A program made the position numbers and the translations under genes. From Raja brachyura (Eukaryota): a stretch of DNA of 64,000 bases. The notes beneath the pieces were generated by a model. That model had not been told where the DNA came from and ran no database searches. It saw only the letters and a list, made by a program, of their open reading frames with translations. Below are positions 35,078 to 48,069 of the stretch, one piece after another; positions within the stretch are counted from its first letter, which is position 1; each line of letters starts with the position of its first letter. The stretch lies in contig OY740781.1 of assembly GCA_963514005.1 (NCBI GenBank), positions 163,308,001-163,372,000 on the forward strand, in the 5' to 3' direction.

Positions 35078-35688
35078 GTCCGAAACAGAGATGTCCAAGT
35101 TCCGAGGAAGAACATTGTTTTTCTCTCACACCCAGTGATCTGGACTCGCCGTCAGTATTGGATAAAGGAAACGGCCCAAAGGCGATCTGCAGACAAGAAG
35201 ATGGCGAGTTGCGGGAGGAAAAGATATCAGAGGCGGAGAGCAAAGAGGCGGCAAAAAGCCAAGCGGACGCTGACCAGAAATCCAGTCGGAAAAAGAAAAC
35301 GCGCACAGTCTTCAGCAGGAGTCAGGTTTTCCAGCTCGAGTCCACATTTGACATGAAACGCTACCTAAGCAGTTCCGAAAGGGCAGGCCTGGCAGCGACG
35401 CTTCACCTGACCGAAACTCAGGTCAAAATCTGGTTTCAAAACCGGAGAAATAAGTGGAAAAGGCAGTTGGCCGCAGACCTGGACGCGGTCAATCTTTCTC
35501 ATAGTGCACAGAGAATCGTGAGAGTTCCCATTTTATATCACGAAAACTCACCACCTGGCGCCTTAAACTTCAGTATGCCGCAAGTGTCGCCTCCTCTGCT
35601 AAGCTTTTCCAGCTCAGTAAGCTATCCGCTCGCAACATTCCCTTCTCCTCTGCCTTTCCTAAGATCACAGATGAGTGGACTTGTTTGA
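35078..35688 (+). CDS. HMX1: Homeobox protein HMX1, coding exon 2 (homeodomain)
   Basis: The acceptor ...TTTGTCCCGTAG ends at 35077 and keeps frame (spliced CDS 906 nt, 301 aa). Homeodomain [35 protein letters not shown]...[15 protein letters not shown] motif [13 protein letters not shown], and C-terminus [11 protein letters not shown]. Confidence 0.95.
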
Positions 35689-36237
35689 TAATTAACTCTT
35701 CAATCGGAAGACCCGACATCAAAGCTAAAGACCACAGTTGTACGATACAAAAAAAAATAATATGCAAAAGACTTGGTCAGCTCCACAGCATTTTGATTGC
35801 CTCTCACATTTTTTTATTGGTACAGACGTGCAATAAGTTACTTTTGAGGTGCTATTACTGCAAGATCGAAGAGGAAATTTGTTTTGTACACACACCCGAA
35901 GTAATGACTATTCCGTGGTTTCCGCATTCACTGATTTTATGGCGTAATATTTCACCATGGCCATTGAGGATAACACACACACACACACAAAGTCAACTTT
36001 ATATGCAACTCGATAAAGTTCATTTGCTTATTCAATATATTGCTGTGCTGAAACGTTAGATATTTTATACTCATAGGTCTTATTAGAATGAGCATAAGAG
36101 GATAGCAGTGCAAGTTCAAAGTGCTCAATGGGATTTTAGTATCAATAATCATTAGTTACTGGGAACTCTTGTTGATTTTATTCTTTTAATTATTTGTAGC
36201 TAACCATCCTTGCATTATCAGAGTATACAATTAATGC

Positions 36238-36243
36238 AATAAA
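36238..36243 (+). terminator. Candidate HMX1 polyadenylation signal
   Basis: AATAAA ~550 nt downstream of the stop codon. Motif only. Confidence 0.4.
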
Positions 36244-38206
36244 CCCTGTTTAACTGCTACAAAACACAAATAATCCTGTGTTTGAGTCCGAGTGTTACTG
36301 CGTTTAATTTTATATGAATACGTATATTGTTTGATTTGCTGCAGAACCAATTATCAGGCGCACTAACTACCGACCAGCAGTCTGTAACCGTACCCACCCC
36401 CACCCCCTCGTTTTGTTTTACATTATAATTTTCAATTAACCCTTCACCTTTAAACATACCACTCTCTCGGGAAAAATAACAGTTATTATGAACTCTTCAA
36501 TATGTTCATGATATAATGCAATAAGCAAATAAACTAACTTTCTAGACACATTCTTAACATAATGTCTGACAAACCATTGCCGAGATTCGACTGTGTAACA
36601 TGTTTTGATATTTGTTTTCCAACTCTGGACCTTGTCTTTGCATTTGAGTCTGAAGATAATACAAATATGCTTTATTTTGCCAAATTTTAATTGGAACAGG
36701 ATAATCTCAATTGGATAATCCATCGTGCTAAACATTGAAACCTAACAGGGAAAAATGTCACAAAAGATGTCTTAGGGTTTTTCTGTTCCTGATTTTATTG
36801 TTAAAATGTAAAACGCAACGAGTGTTCTGCAAAATACATACTTAACAGGTGATATAGGTATTTTCAATAAACAACGTTGATGCCCGATGTAATAAATCTT
36901 ATCAATTGCAGTTGGTTTATAGTTTCCCTGGTTTATAATAGTTAATGTTTGTTGCTTTTGAATCACACATTATTTTCGATATTTTTCAAAGCTCATGAAA
37001 AGCTGTTACTACTTCGACTTATTTCGATTGTAAATTACAATGGAATCTTTAGTGGAGTTTATGCGTTGACACGATTTTTCAGAAATAAGATCGTAACTCT
37101 CTTTAATCCATGTTTTATCCTGGATGACCGTTAGAATGTTCCCACGCGCTTCGGCCCCTACGGATTATGAAAACGTTATTAATATATCAGCAATTTTGTG
37201 CATCTAAAACATGAAACTACTATTCGGCGCGACATGAATGGCTATGCCTGCAACACTTTAATTGTGGGGTCCAAATTATGTCTGATACTAAATATCCCGT
37301 GGTGATTGCAGTATGTTTGAAACTTATTAATTATGTATATGAAGTAGAAATAAAAATGAACCAAATCTACTATTTCTAGCTACTAAAACATTCCGGGACT
37401 CATGAAAATATATTGGTGATTTTGTACCACCAATGCAAGTTTTATTTCCCTGACAAAGAGCCTGTAAGTGACTTACTCCTTCAGTGCATGATATATTAAA
37501 GACAATTGGAGGTTAGACATATATAAGTAGAACGGTAATATTTGGTAAACCATCCCAACGCATCCCAACACTTCAATAAAGTAACACAAAACACGTTCAG
37601 TCACCAAACCCATTTTCAAATTACGATGTAACAAAACGTGTGTTCTGTTTCACTTTTATGAAGTTAGGTCTTCTTCGTATGATTCTCGAGGAAACCAGAA
37701 AATGTGATGTGCATTCATACCTGTTCAGAGGTAAACTAGTGTTGAATTTTCGCAGGTCGAATGTGCGTTGCCAATAAATCCAAGACTAGACGTAAAGAGG
37801 CCATAATGAGTCTACAGACAGGATGGTTGCTTTCCAAGCTTGCATCTACTGACTTACAATTGAATATTAGGCAGAGGGGTTTAACTGAAAGGGTTAGTGA
37901 TTCATGTTGTAAAATGAAAATAGTCCAGCAGTGATCCAGAACACAATAATCAAGAGGCACGCAGGTTTAACGATCATCCAAAACACATTATTTGTTAAAG
38001 AGTAGTCATGTGTAAGGTTTAAGTACATAATCTTTATTTAGCGATATGGTCAGTAATGAGAATCTGTAAATAAAACGCAAAAGACCATCTTTGCTGGAAA
38101 TAAAACAAGAACATGGAAGGATAGGACAGATTAGTTATCTGCATTGGGGAAGGCAAACTAGGGGGTGTTGGTAATGGGGAGAAATATGAAACACATTAAT
38201 AAAGAA

Positions 38207-38381
38207 NNNNNNNNNNNNNNNNNNNNNNNNNNNNNNNNNNNNNNNNNNNNNNNNNNNNNNNNNNNNNNNNNNNNNNNNNNNNNNNNNNNNNNNNNNNNNN
38301 NNNNNNNNNNNNNNNNNNNNNNNNNNNNNNNNNNNNNNNNNNNNNNNNNNNNNNNNNNNNNNNNNNNNNNNNNNNNNNNNN
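38207..38381. other. Assembly gap (175 N)
   Basis: Run of N characters. Confidence 1.
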
Positions 38382-38825
38382 TATAAAAGTATATACGATG
38401 CGAAGGCTGAAGTCGTGGAAACTGGCTAAACGTGGGGAAGTTCGGTAGGATACTTGTATTCCATAGTATTAACTATTTATGACTACAGATGCAGGTAACT
38501 ATTTATTAAACGCTGTCTGCCAACAAAACGTATAACTCTTCTACATTTAAATAGAAAAGAGCGCAACAATTGATCTGATACCACCTAGTTTAAACCGGTA
38601 ATCATTAAATATTTCCCAATCTCACATCCGCAATTTAGAATGGTAACCATATACACGATAAAGGCCTACTACGTGTATGAAAGTGCAAACAACAGATATT
38701 TTCGTTGTTAAATGCCATAGATCAAAACAGTGACACACATCCGATGTGAGGATTGATTAGAGCGAACCTTTGTAGCGCCAAATGAATGGCAAATATTGAG
38801 AAGAACCTTTGTAATTCACAATGAC

Positions 38826-38936
38826 GGGGTGGAAGATTGCAACCTTCACCTGTTTCGACGTGCACAAACGGAAGATCAAATAGAACAAGTTGTCGAACAA
38901 CTTTAGGCAGTGCACGCCACACGAAAGAAGAAGAAG
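38826..38936 (+). mobile_element. Second, internally deleted copy of the HDV-ribozyme-headed SINE
   Basis: Starts GGGGTGGAAGATTGCAACCTTCAC and ends (AAG)n. A perfect 13-bp TSD, AATTCACAATGAC, is at 38813-38825 and 38937-38949. Confidence 0.85.
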
Positions 38937-39684
38937 AATTCACAATGACCTAGACCTGCACTGGCATTTACAGCGGGGTTTGAAATGCATTAAGTGGGCT
39001 GATCTGCGCAAGGTTATTTTATAAACGTCTGAAATTACCGATTCATAAAATGTGTCCAGACCTTTTGTCTGGATTACTGCGAGTAATCGAGAATGTCATT
39101 TTCATCTGCGGGCAGTCACAATTTAACCGCTTAAATCAAATCTGTTTTACCAAGTTCGTGCACAATTAAATACACCTGATCAAAGTTATCTTTAGGTAGA
39201 ATACGTGCGTACAGGAAATCAGCTAAAATCCAAGTCTTCAGGCTCTGCATTAAACTGATTTAATGCCGACAATATGCCAACATGAGCTGATATTCGAGCA
39301 TTATTCTAACTCTGGCCTTCTCGCTTCATCTCTTCCCACCCAACCTCCGCTGGCACGGAATGAATGAAAAACAAGTTTTGACCATGAACAAAAATAAAGG
39401 ATAAGATTTGTGTATCGTCCCATTTATGTGCACCAAAACGAGATGATGGGAAATGTTATTCAAATTTTGGGCACTGTGGAAAAGTAACGTGACAGCCAAT
39501 TAAAACGCCAAGCTTCTGCGAAATTGGTCTCCGGAAAAGTTTTTAAACAAAAATAATTCCGGAACTTGGTTGGACCATTTCGCCGTTTCTTGCCTGGCTT
39601 AGCTCAGGAATAGCACTCTCCCACCTCATCAAAAGGGGATAGATTTACGTCTCTGGATCTCACTCCAGAGACTCGAATAGTAAA

Positions 39685-39886
39685 TGTGTAGGAAGGCAAT
39701 GCAGATGCTGGTTTACACCGATGGTAGACACAAAATGCTGGAGCAACAGGTAACATATCTGGAGAGAAGGAATGGGTGACGTTTCAGGTCGAGTCTGCAG
39801 AAGGGTCTCGACCCGAAACGTCACCCATTCCTTCTTTCCAGAGATGCCCCCTGTCTCGCTGAGTTACTCCAGCTTTTTGTGTCTAG
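39685..39886. mobile_element. Palindromic Penelope-like repeat
   Basis: Minus arm ~39685-39795 and plus arm ~39796-39886. Confidence 0.75.
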
Positions 39887-40546
39887 ACCCGACTACAAAG
39901 CTCAGCTGTCCACCGTGCACCACCGAGGAAGTGCTGCACTGTCCTACTTGTAGTCTTCTGGACATGGCGTTAGATCAAGTCCGCCTGTCCTTCAAATAGA
40001 CGGAAACAAATCCCTTGAAATCATTAGGAGCAGGGCTCTTTCCTTGCTACCTTGACACACATCCATTACTCTGCCATTACTACTAATGAAGATGATTCGA
40101 TGATATTTAATTACTGTTGATAAAAAATTACCATGTTCAGGTTGGTTATTACATTTTACCAAGTTAAATCAATAACACTTCTTGTAGCGCGCCCCGAATT
40201 CATGAAAGGTGTTATATCGACGGAGATGATTCATTTCCTTTCATACAACGAGGAACTTTTTTTTTTTAACATTTGTCGATTGAAGTTCATCTTTTACTAA
40301 AAAATACTTTTTACTAAAAATACTTCCACTCTTGCCTGGGTCTGAGACGGGTTTATCGTTTATTATTGCTTCCCGGGGGAGTCACACGGCACTAAAATCG
40401 GGTCCTTCGGTCGACAGGTCCACAATGACCTTCATAGGCTAATTTACACCAAGCCCACTTAATCCCCCACACATTCCCGCCAGCCTGTCCCAACTCCACC
40501 ATTAACATATGTGCAATTTTCTACGGTCCAGCCTGCACGTATTTTT

Positions 40547-40580
<34 letters not shown>

Positions 40581-40799
40581 TTGGAGCACCCGGAGGAGAC
40601 CCGGACAATCTCACGAGCACCGAAGATCAAGAACAAAACTGAACCTGTCCCTGCGCTACTGCAAACCGCCCGCTCCAATTGGTTGAACCAGTGCCCCGCC
40701 CTTAATATTCTATTAACATTAAACCTGTGCATTGTTTTACCTAATTTTAACTGCTAAACGCAGACAGGTGCTTCAATTATTGGTGAAAATGTTTAATTT

Positions 40800-41470
40800 G
40801 AACATAGTACTTTACAGCACAGAAATAGCCCTTTCGGCCCAGAAAGTCCAGCCGGACACGATGTCACGTTAAACTAAAGATAGACACAAAATGCTGGAGT
40901 AACTCAGCGGGACAGGCAGCATCTCTGGAAAGAAGGAATTGGTGACGTTTCGGGTCGAGACCCTTCTTCAGACTCGTTACGTTAATCACGGCACACACCC
41001 CACGTTAAACTAATTCCCTCTGCCTGAACATTATTCATATCTCTTCATTCCCTGCATACTACGTGCCCATCCAAAAGTCCATTGAGTGTCACTATCGTAC
41101 CTGCCTCCACCATCACCCCTCGCCGCGCGTTCCACGTACCCACATTCCGTGCAAAACACATGCCATGTTGTATAGTCGTTGCCATACCCTCGCTGGGAGG
41201 AAACAATATTTTCTCCCTAAAAAATGTGTCCATTTTATCTATGCCCATCATTATATATTGAACCGGCCTCAGAGGGCGGTGGGGGCAGGTTCTCTGGATG
41301 CTTTCAAGAGAGAGCTGGATAGGACTCTTAAAAATAGCGGAGTCAGGGGATATGGGGAGAAGGCAGGAACGGGGTACTGATTGGGGATGATCAGCCATGA
41401 TCACATTGAATTGCGGTGCTGGCTCGCAGGGCCGAATGGCCTACTCCTGCACCTATTGCCTATTGTCTAT
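40800..41470. mobile_element. Nest: old minus-strand CR1 3' end containing a Penelope-like unit and a plus-strand CR1 tail
   Basis: The Penelope-like unit at 40878-40975 has its core at 40944-40971 and TSD CACGTTAAACTAA at 40865-40877 and 41001-41013. The plus-strand CR1 tail ~41263-41470 encodes FKRELDRTL...GYGEKAGTGY. Confidence 0.75.
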
Positions 41471-42103
41471 CTGGCCCCCCCTCAACATCCGCTGTTCATC
41501 CATTTAGGTTGAAGGAATGTCATGCATTTGTTGAGAAACTGGTGTATTTATCTGGGAACACGAGTGCGAAAGAGAGAGAGAAGAAATATTTTTCTTGATG
41601 CAAAGTATAAACTGGGTTTAGCGCGTTTCTACGCTTACATTTCGTGTAGTTAAGTAAATGCTCTTTGGCCTCTCAAGGACATATCATGCTTCCTGTACAA
41701 AAAAAAAGTTACAAATTTCTACCAATTTGGATTTATCATCGGTAGATAAAATGCATTAAATAGAGTGCAGTAAAAAAAAGTGTTTCCAGATTGGCTTCGT
41801 TGTGGTATCTGAAACATGTCCAGGAAAATCAAGCTCAGAGGCAGGAATGAAACTGTCGATAGTCCTCACCACAGTCTCTTTTAGAATATAAAAATAGAAC
41901 GGCGGACATCGGGAAATGGCAAGGATGCAGAGCGATTGGTCTATTTTACAATATGTTATACATGGAATATGTATGGAACACTGCGCTCTGCATCTCTAAT
42001 ATCAGTCATCTATTTAAAGGAATATGTTGGCGCCATAACATAGAAGGTACCGAGGGAATAAGAAAATAAAAATAAAATAATGACCAATACCGTGAACACA
42101 TTT

Positions 42104-43090
42104 GTAGAAACAATGAACTGCAAATACTAGTTAATGCACAAAAGGATAGAATGGTAAAGCCCTTCTTCAGACTGAAGAGGGGTCTCGACCCGAAACGTCA
42201 CCTATCCATGTTCTCCAGGGATGAAGCCTGACCTGCTGAGTTGTTCCAGCACTTTATGTCCTTCTGTGAATACATATATTCCGTTACAATTTAGCCACAT
42301 TTACTAATGGAACAGATGTGTTCATTGAGTTGCGTGGCGATCACGAAATTTGGAGAGAGATGGGAATCTATTTAGAGTCACTGAGCCACACAACACAGAA
42401 ATAGGCACTTGCGCTTAACTTGTCAATGCCGAACAAGATGCCCCATTGCCCGCATTTGGCCCATCTCTCTCTAAGCCTTTCCTTTGTATTAATCGGTCTA
42501 GCACCAATCTGAAGAACGGCCTCGACCCTAAACGTCAACCATTCCTTCTCTGCAGAGATGCTGCCTGGCCCGCTGAATTATTCCACTTTTTTGTGTCTAT
42601 CTTCGATGCCTTTTAAATATTATTACAGTACCTCTCAACTAATTCCTCTGGCAGCTAGTTGCATATAGCCATCAAGCACTCTGCGAAAAAAACTTGACCG
42701 TCAGGTTCCTATTAAATCTCCCCCCTCTAGTCTTAAATAAGTGGATAGGTATATGGACGGGGAGGGAATGGAGGGGTATGGTCTAAGTACAGCTAGATGG
42801 GACTAGGGGGAAATAAATGGTCGGCACGGACTGGAAGGGCCGAGAAGGCCTGTTTCCGTGCTATAATTGTTATATGGTTATATGGTTATTATATGGTTAT
42901 CCTAGTTCGTGATTCCCCGCCACAGTAACATACTCTCGGCGTTTACCTTCATGGTTTTATACACCTCCATAATATCACCTCCAACCTCCTACGCTACAAA
43001 GAATAGTCGTAGTCTTCCCAAGATACTGTAGCTCTGGGTCTTGAGTCCTGGCTAAATCGTAGTAAATCTTCTTTACACAAGCTCCAGCTT
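42104..43090. mobile_element. Nest of Penelope-like units and CR1 3' fragments
   Basis: Hammerhead core at 42172-42199. A minus-strand CR1 remnant ~42365-43090 is interrupted by a Penelope-like unit (~42508-42605) and a plus-strand CR1 tail (~42735-42900, TATATGGT repeats). Confidence 0.7.
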
Positions 43091-43254
43091 AGAATATAGA
43101 AAATAGCAGAGAACAAATATGTTCTCCCTACAAAAATTGGCCATTCTATCTATGCCCATCATAATATATTGAATGCCTCTACCTGGTCTCCCCTCAACAT
43201 CCGCTGTTCAAGAGAAGACAATCCATTTAGGTTGAAGGAATGTCATGCATTTGT

Positions 43255-43549
43255 TCGCGGAGTTTAAAATCGGCCGCGGGATTTACCATCAGTCGCGGGG
43301 GCTTCAACATCGAGAGCCTCGATCGCCTCGACGCAGCGGGAGAACAAGCAAGGAAGAGATACGACTTTTTGCCTTCCATCACAGTGAGGAGGTGCCTGGA
43401 GATTCACTGTGATGGGTGTTTGTGTTAAATTGTGTTCATTGTGTGTGTTTTGTTGCTTTTTTCTGCCATGACTGCAAGGTACACAATTTCGTTCAAACTT
43501 AATGTTTGAATGACAATAAAGGAAATTCAATTCAATTCAATTCAATTCA
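43255..43549 (+). mobile_element. SINE-like retroposon with internal hairpin and (ATTCA)n tail
   Basis: CpG-rich head; 12-bp stem CCATCACAGTGA/TCACTGTGATGG (43376-43415); 3' ATTTCGTT...AATGACAATAAA resembling the Rex1/Babar-like 3' end at 26141-26220. Confidence 0.65.
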
Positions 43550-43574
43550 TAGGACCATTTCCTTACGCTTACGA

Positions 43575-44090
43575 TATCTGGGCCGAACATGATGCCAGAA
43601 CCAGCTCTACTCCACCCGAACATAATCCACATCCCTCCATTCTGTGCATAATCATGTGCTAATCCAAAAGTATCTTAAAGGCCACTGTAGTATCTGTATC
43701 CACCACCACCCAGGCTACGTGATCCAGGCACTCAGCACACTGTGTAAAAAACTTGCTCCGGACACCTCCTTTAAACTCCGCCTCTCTCAGCTTTAAACTA
43801 TGCCATGTGATATTTGATATATCAATCCTGGGGAAAAAAGGTCCTGGCTGTCCACCCAATTGATGCCTCTCATAATTTGTATATACTTCTATCAGATCTC
43901 CCTTCAACCTCCGGCGTTCCCAATAAATCAATTCAAGTCTGTCCACCCTCTCCCTGCAGCGAATGTCCCTTATTCAGGTAAACCTCCTCTGAGTGCTTTC
44001 TAAACCCTCCACATCCTTCCGTCATTGGGGATGACCAGAATTCCAAATACGTCTCAACCAAAATCCTATGCAGCTGACCAAAGTCATATA
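43575..44090 (-). mobile_element. Degraded CR1 LINE 3' fragment
   Basis: Minus-strand DRLELIYWERRRLKGDLIEVY...KFFTQ. Confidence 0.8.
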
Positions 44091-44744
44091 AAGCTTATTG
44101 GCATCTTTCCCATAGCAGGGTTACAACCCCATTTATTAAAGCATGAAGTTCATTACATGTGATTGAAATTTCAACTTATATTTTCTGTTTTACATAAATT
44201 CACACTGACGGTGACTACACACTTTGGCCATGTATTACCGTTTATTTTAGTTTAGATTAGCCTGTTTTTTATATTGTCACATGTACCGAGGTACAATGAA
44301 AAGCTTTTGTTGCGTGCTACCCAGTCAAGAAAAGAAGACATGGTTACTATCAAGCTGTCCATATGCATTTAATTAACAATTGTATACGGTATTGTTCAAC
44401 TAGCCTTTTTTTTAACACGCAACCGACATATGCTCGAGCAAACTACAAAGTGCTGGAGGAACTTAGCGGATCACACTGCATCGATGCAAGGACTTTGTGT
44501 TTTACTCACGATTCCAGTATCTGCAGTTTGTTATGTCCCCACAGACAGATGCTTATTTATTTGACTTTCACAAATGTGCATTCAGGCCCAGTTGAAACGC
44601 GGACGTTGGAAGAATTGTTTTCTGTTATGATATTAAATGATATTAAAAAGGCATACAATATGCTCTTATTAGCCAAGGCAATAGCAACGTCGCAAATACA
44701 TTCCCTCCACAGGTGCTACCTGACCTGCTGTGGGTAAAATTACC

Positions 44745-45215
44745 GTCATTATATTAGAATAAGGATGAGATTGCATTGGAGAAATGCGGAGGATATTTAG
44801 TAACATGTTGTCAAGACTGTACAGTTGTAGCTATAAGGAAAGATTGGACATGTTAGCGTTGTTTCCTTGGAAGAGCGAAGGCCGAAGGAAAACGTAACTG
44901 AGATACGTTAAATTATCAAGGGCCTATACACGCACGAATATATTTGGATAGACAGAGAGTCAAATATTAGCGGCAATACGTACAAAGTAATTGGCGCAAA
45001 TAGTCGCGAGGAGATAAGAGGAAAACTTGTCAGGATATGGTAGATATATGGAGCTGACTGCTTGAAAGGATGATAACAAATTAAACATTGCCTGGATATG
45101 TATCTGAAAAACCGTGGTTTTAAGATAAATAAATGAGTACGATTTCAATATATATTTTTTCTCAATGAACGGACGTAATGGGCCCAGCGACCTTTCTCGC
45201 ACATAATTCCGTGGT
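44745..45215 (+). mobile_element. Highly degraded CR1 LINE 3' fragment
   Basis: Decayed ALEKCGGYL / SYKERLDML...FSLEERR-like segment, similar to the other CR1 copies. Confidence 0.5.
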
Positions 45216-45361
45216 TATCCAGGATTTTCTGTGATTCTTTCATCAGACCGCAGTTTCAGAGCGGTCACCTCAGTGACTGCGACCCACCCACCTCCCCTTT
45301 TCAACCCCCCCCCCCCCTCACTGCTATCAGTCTGAAGAAGCATTCTGACCCTTCAGACCAG

Positions 45362-45945
45362 ATTCAAAGACCTGGGAGTCCACGACACAGAGGATCTGAC
45401 ATGGACAACACACGCTGCCGCAGCTGAGGAAATTCAGAGTCTCTCTGAGGATCCTTCAATCCTTCTACTCTGGTGCTGTAGAAAGCATTCTGTCCAGAAA
45501 CATCTCGATCTGGTTTGGCAACAGCTCTGCCCGGGACAGGAAGGCTCTGCAGAGAGTAGTGCGTTCGGCCGAACGCACCATGGGAACTACACTCTTCCCC
45601 CCCTGCAGGACCTATACACCAGGAGATGCAGATCCAGAGCCAACAAGATCATGAAGGACCTTTACCACCCCAGCAGCGGAGTGTTCTAGCTGTTACGGTC
45701 AGGCAAGCGCCTCCGCTGTCACGCTACGAAAACAGAGAAGATGAGACGGAGTCCGCAAGCCATCAGGACTGTAAACTCTCATCTCACCAGGGCGTAATTA
45801 CTGTTGTGTATTTTTAAAAAAATGTAAATACTGGTTCGGTTCTGTTCTGTTGTTCTGTTGTTTTGCACAATCCCGCCGGCATTGCCACTTTCATTTCGCT
45901 GTACATCGTGTATGTGCATGTTACAAATAAAGCTGACTTAACTTG
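45362..45945 (+). mobile_element. Rex1/Babar-like LINE 3' fragment
   Basis: Decayed FKDLGVH..EDLTWTTH, FYSGAVESILSRNISIWFGNSSA.DRKALQRVVRSAE and KIMKDLYHP; ends ACAAATAAA plus (ACTTG)-like repeats. Confidence 0.8.
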
Positions 45946-47076
45946 ACCCGAAACATCTACTGTCCATTCCCTCCACAGATGTTGCCTGATCGGATGAGTT
46001 CCTCCAGCACTTTGTTGAGAGATAGCGCGTGGAAACGTGCCCTTCGCCAACCAGCGATTCCCCCTGTATACTAGTTTATAGATTAGGTAAGATAGACTAG
46101 GTAAGATCTAGATTAGGTAAAATAGACACAAAATGTTAGAGTAACTCAGCGGGTCAGTCAACACTTCTGGAGAAAAGGAATAGGTGACGTTTCGGGTCGA
46201 CACCTTATTCAGATTTGCTGGATTTCTGAATGTGAAATTGGTACGTGTCAATTAAAATGAAGACAACACAGATGGATTCTATAATTGCGAGAGAAAAAAG
46301 TAGTAATTCGTTTATTCATTTACTGTTCCAGGGTATCCTGAAAGAGACATTACAATTATAAGGATATGAGATATGAGATAATGGATTGACATTCTAACGA
46401 TAGAAACATAAATAGAATCCTACAAAATTAACGCGCCTTAATTTTAAGGCGAATATGAAATTAAATGAGATGAAAAGATGCAATTTTCCATCTACCAGAA
46501 CATAACCTATTGATATAATACACAGCTCACCAAATAGAAACAGACGATATTGCAATGTGAAATAAAAGCAGAGAACGCTGGAATCACACCACAGGTCAGG
46601 TTGCATCTGACCAAAGGGTGAGCAATCCATAAAGTGCTGGGGTAACTCCGCGGGTCAGGCAGCATCTGGGAGGGAAGAGACTGGCGACGTTTTGTGCCGG
46701 GACCCTTCTTCCCACGCCTACGTCTTCTGCCTGAAGAAGTGTCCCGACTGAAAACGACGCTTATTCATCCCACCACAGATGCTGCCTGGCCCATTGAGTT
46801 CCACCAGAACTTGTGTTTTGCTCGAGATTCCAGCACCTGCAGTTTCCATTGTCTCTGATGAAACGTCATCGACTTTAAATGTACTTTCTTTCTCCAGCGA
46901 AGCTGCTTGACCTACTGCATATTTTCAGCGTTTCCAGTTTTTATTTAGCATTTGCCTCATCACAGTAAACACGCCTTCGGGTGATTTAGAGGAGATTATC
47001 GGGCAGAAGCTGACACTGCCCAAGACAGTGTTATTAGAAGGAACAGTTTTGTCAAAAAGATTTGTGTTAAGAATCT

Positions 47077-47077
<1 letters not shown>

Positions 47078-47107
<30 letters not shown>

Positions 47108-47158
47108 TATATATAGATAGATAAGGTTTTCGCTGTGTCTATTATCTATGTGTTCTGC

Positions 47159-47220
<62 letters not shown>

Positions 47221-47310
47221 TACACACACACATATATATATACATGGATAGATAGATAAAGTTTTCGCTGTGTCTATTATCTATGTGTTCTGCAACATAA
47301 TATATATATA
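47078..47310. repeat. Compound (TA)n/(CA)n microsatellite with a 47-bp direct duplication
   Basis: (CA)n at 47162-47232. The 47-bp repeat is at 47113-47159 and 47248-47294 (1 mismatch). Confidence 0.9.
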
Positions 47311-48038
47311 CACTAAGGTGAAATGACGATGCGGTGAATAACAGGTGGAGATGCTTATCCGTTGCTCGTGTGATTAAGATAACAATCTACGATTCTAATG
47401 TCTACTTTAAGACTAATATTTTGAACTATCTGCAACATACGTCGCCATTGAATGTTGTCAATGTAGAAAGCAACCTCACTTTACTAATCTCATGAATCGC
47501 ACGTGTGACGATAGTTGGTCCAAATAACTCTACTACAACTAGTACGAAATAACACGGAATATGTTCCATTCCTTTAAACCACATTAAATCACAAACATTA
47601 AATTTCAATGTTCTTATTTCACGTTCTTATATTCTTCTCGACATTGTTAAAGACACTGGACTGTCACGGTCAAAACATGTTTCGATACAACGATACAGAT
47701 GTTCTGATTTTAACGAAGGCATTGGAGACCCTTGCACTGCCCTTGTGTATGTGAGAACTATTGTGTCGGACGCTTACGTGTAAATAAACTAAAGGGTTTG
47801 TTTTGCGGGAAATTTATTTTTGCGGTTTGTGATCGCGCCTCTTTCACTGAGCAATGCAATGTAAAATGGTGGAACGCGGAGGACGGTGTCGATGGCAAAA
47901 CATAGGATCGTCTGCAGCACGGCGGCTGAAGCGAGAAGTCATCCTCTCTTCGTGAGAGAACACACAGTCCCTGTTCCCTTTCGCGGAGATTTTGAGGTTA
48001 GCCAAGCTGAATGGATGTAGCGTGAAGAAAATTAAGGT

Positions 48039-48069
<31 letters not shown>

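Noticed and set aside
38165-38386. ORF containing X residues
   Set aside because: Artefact of the N gap.
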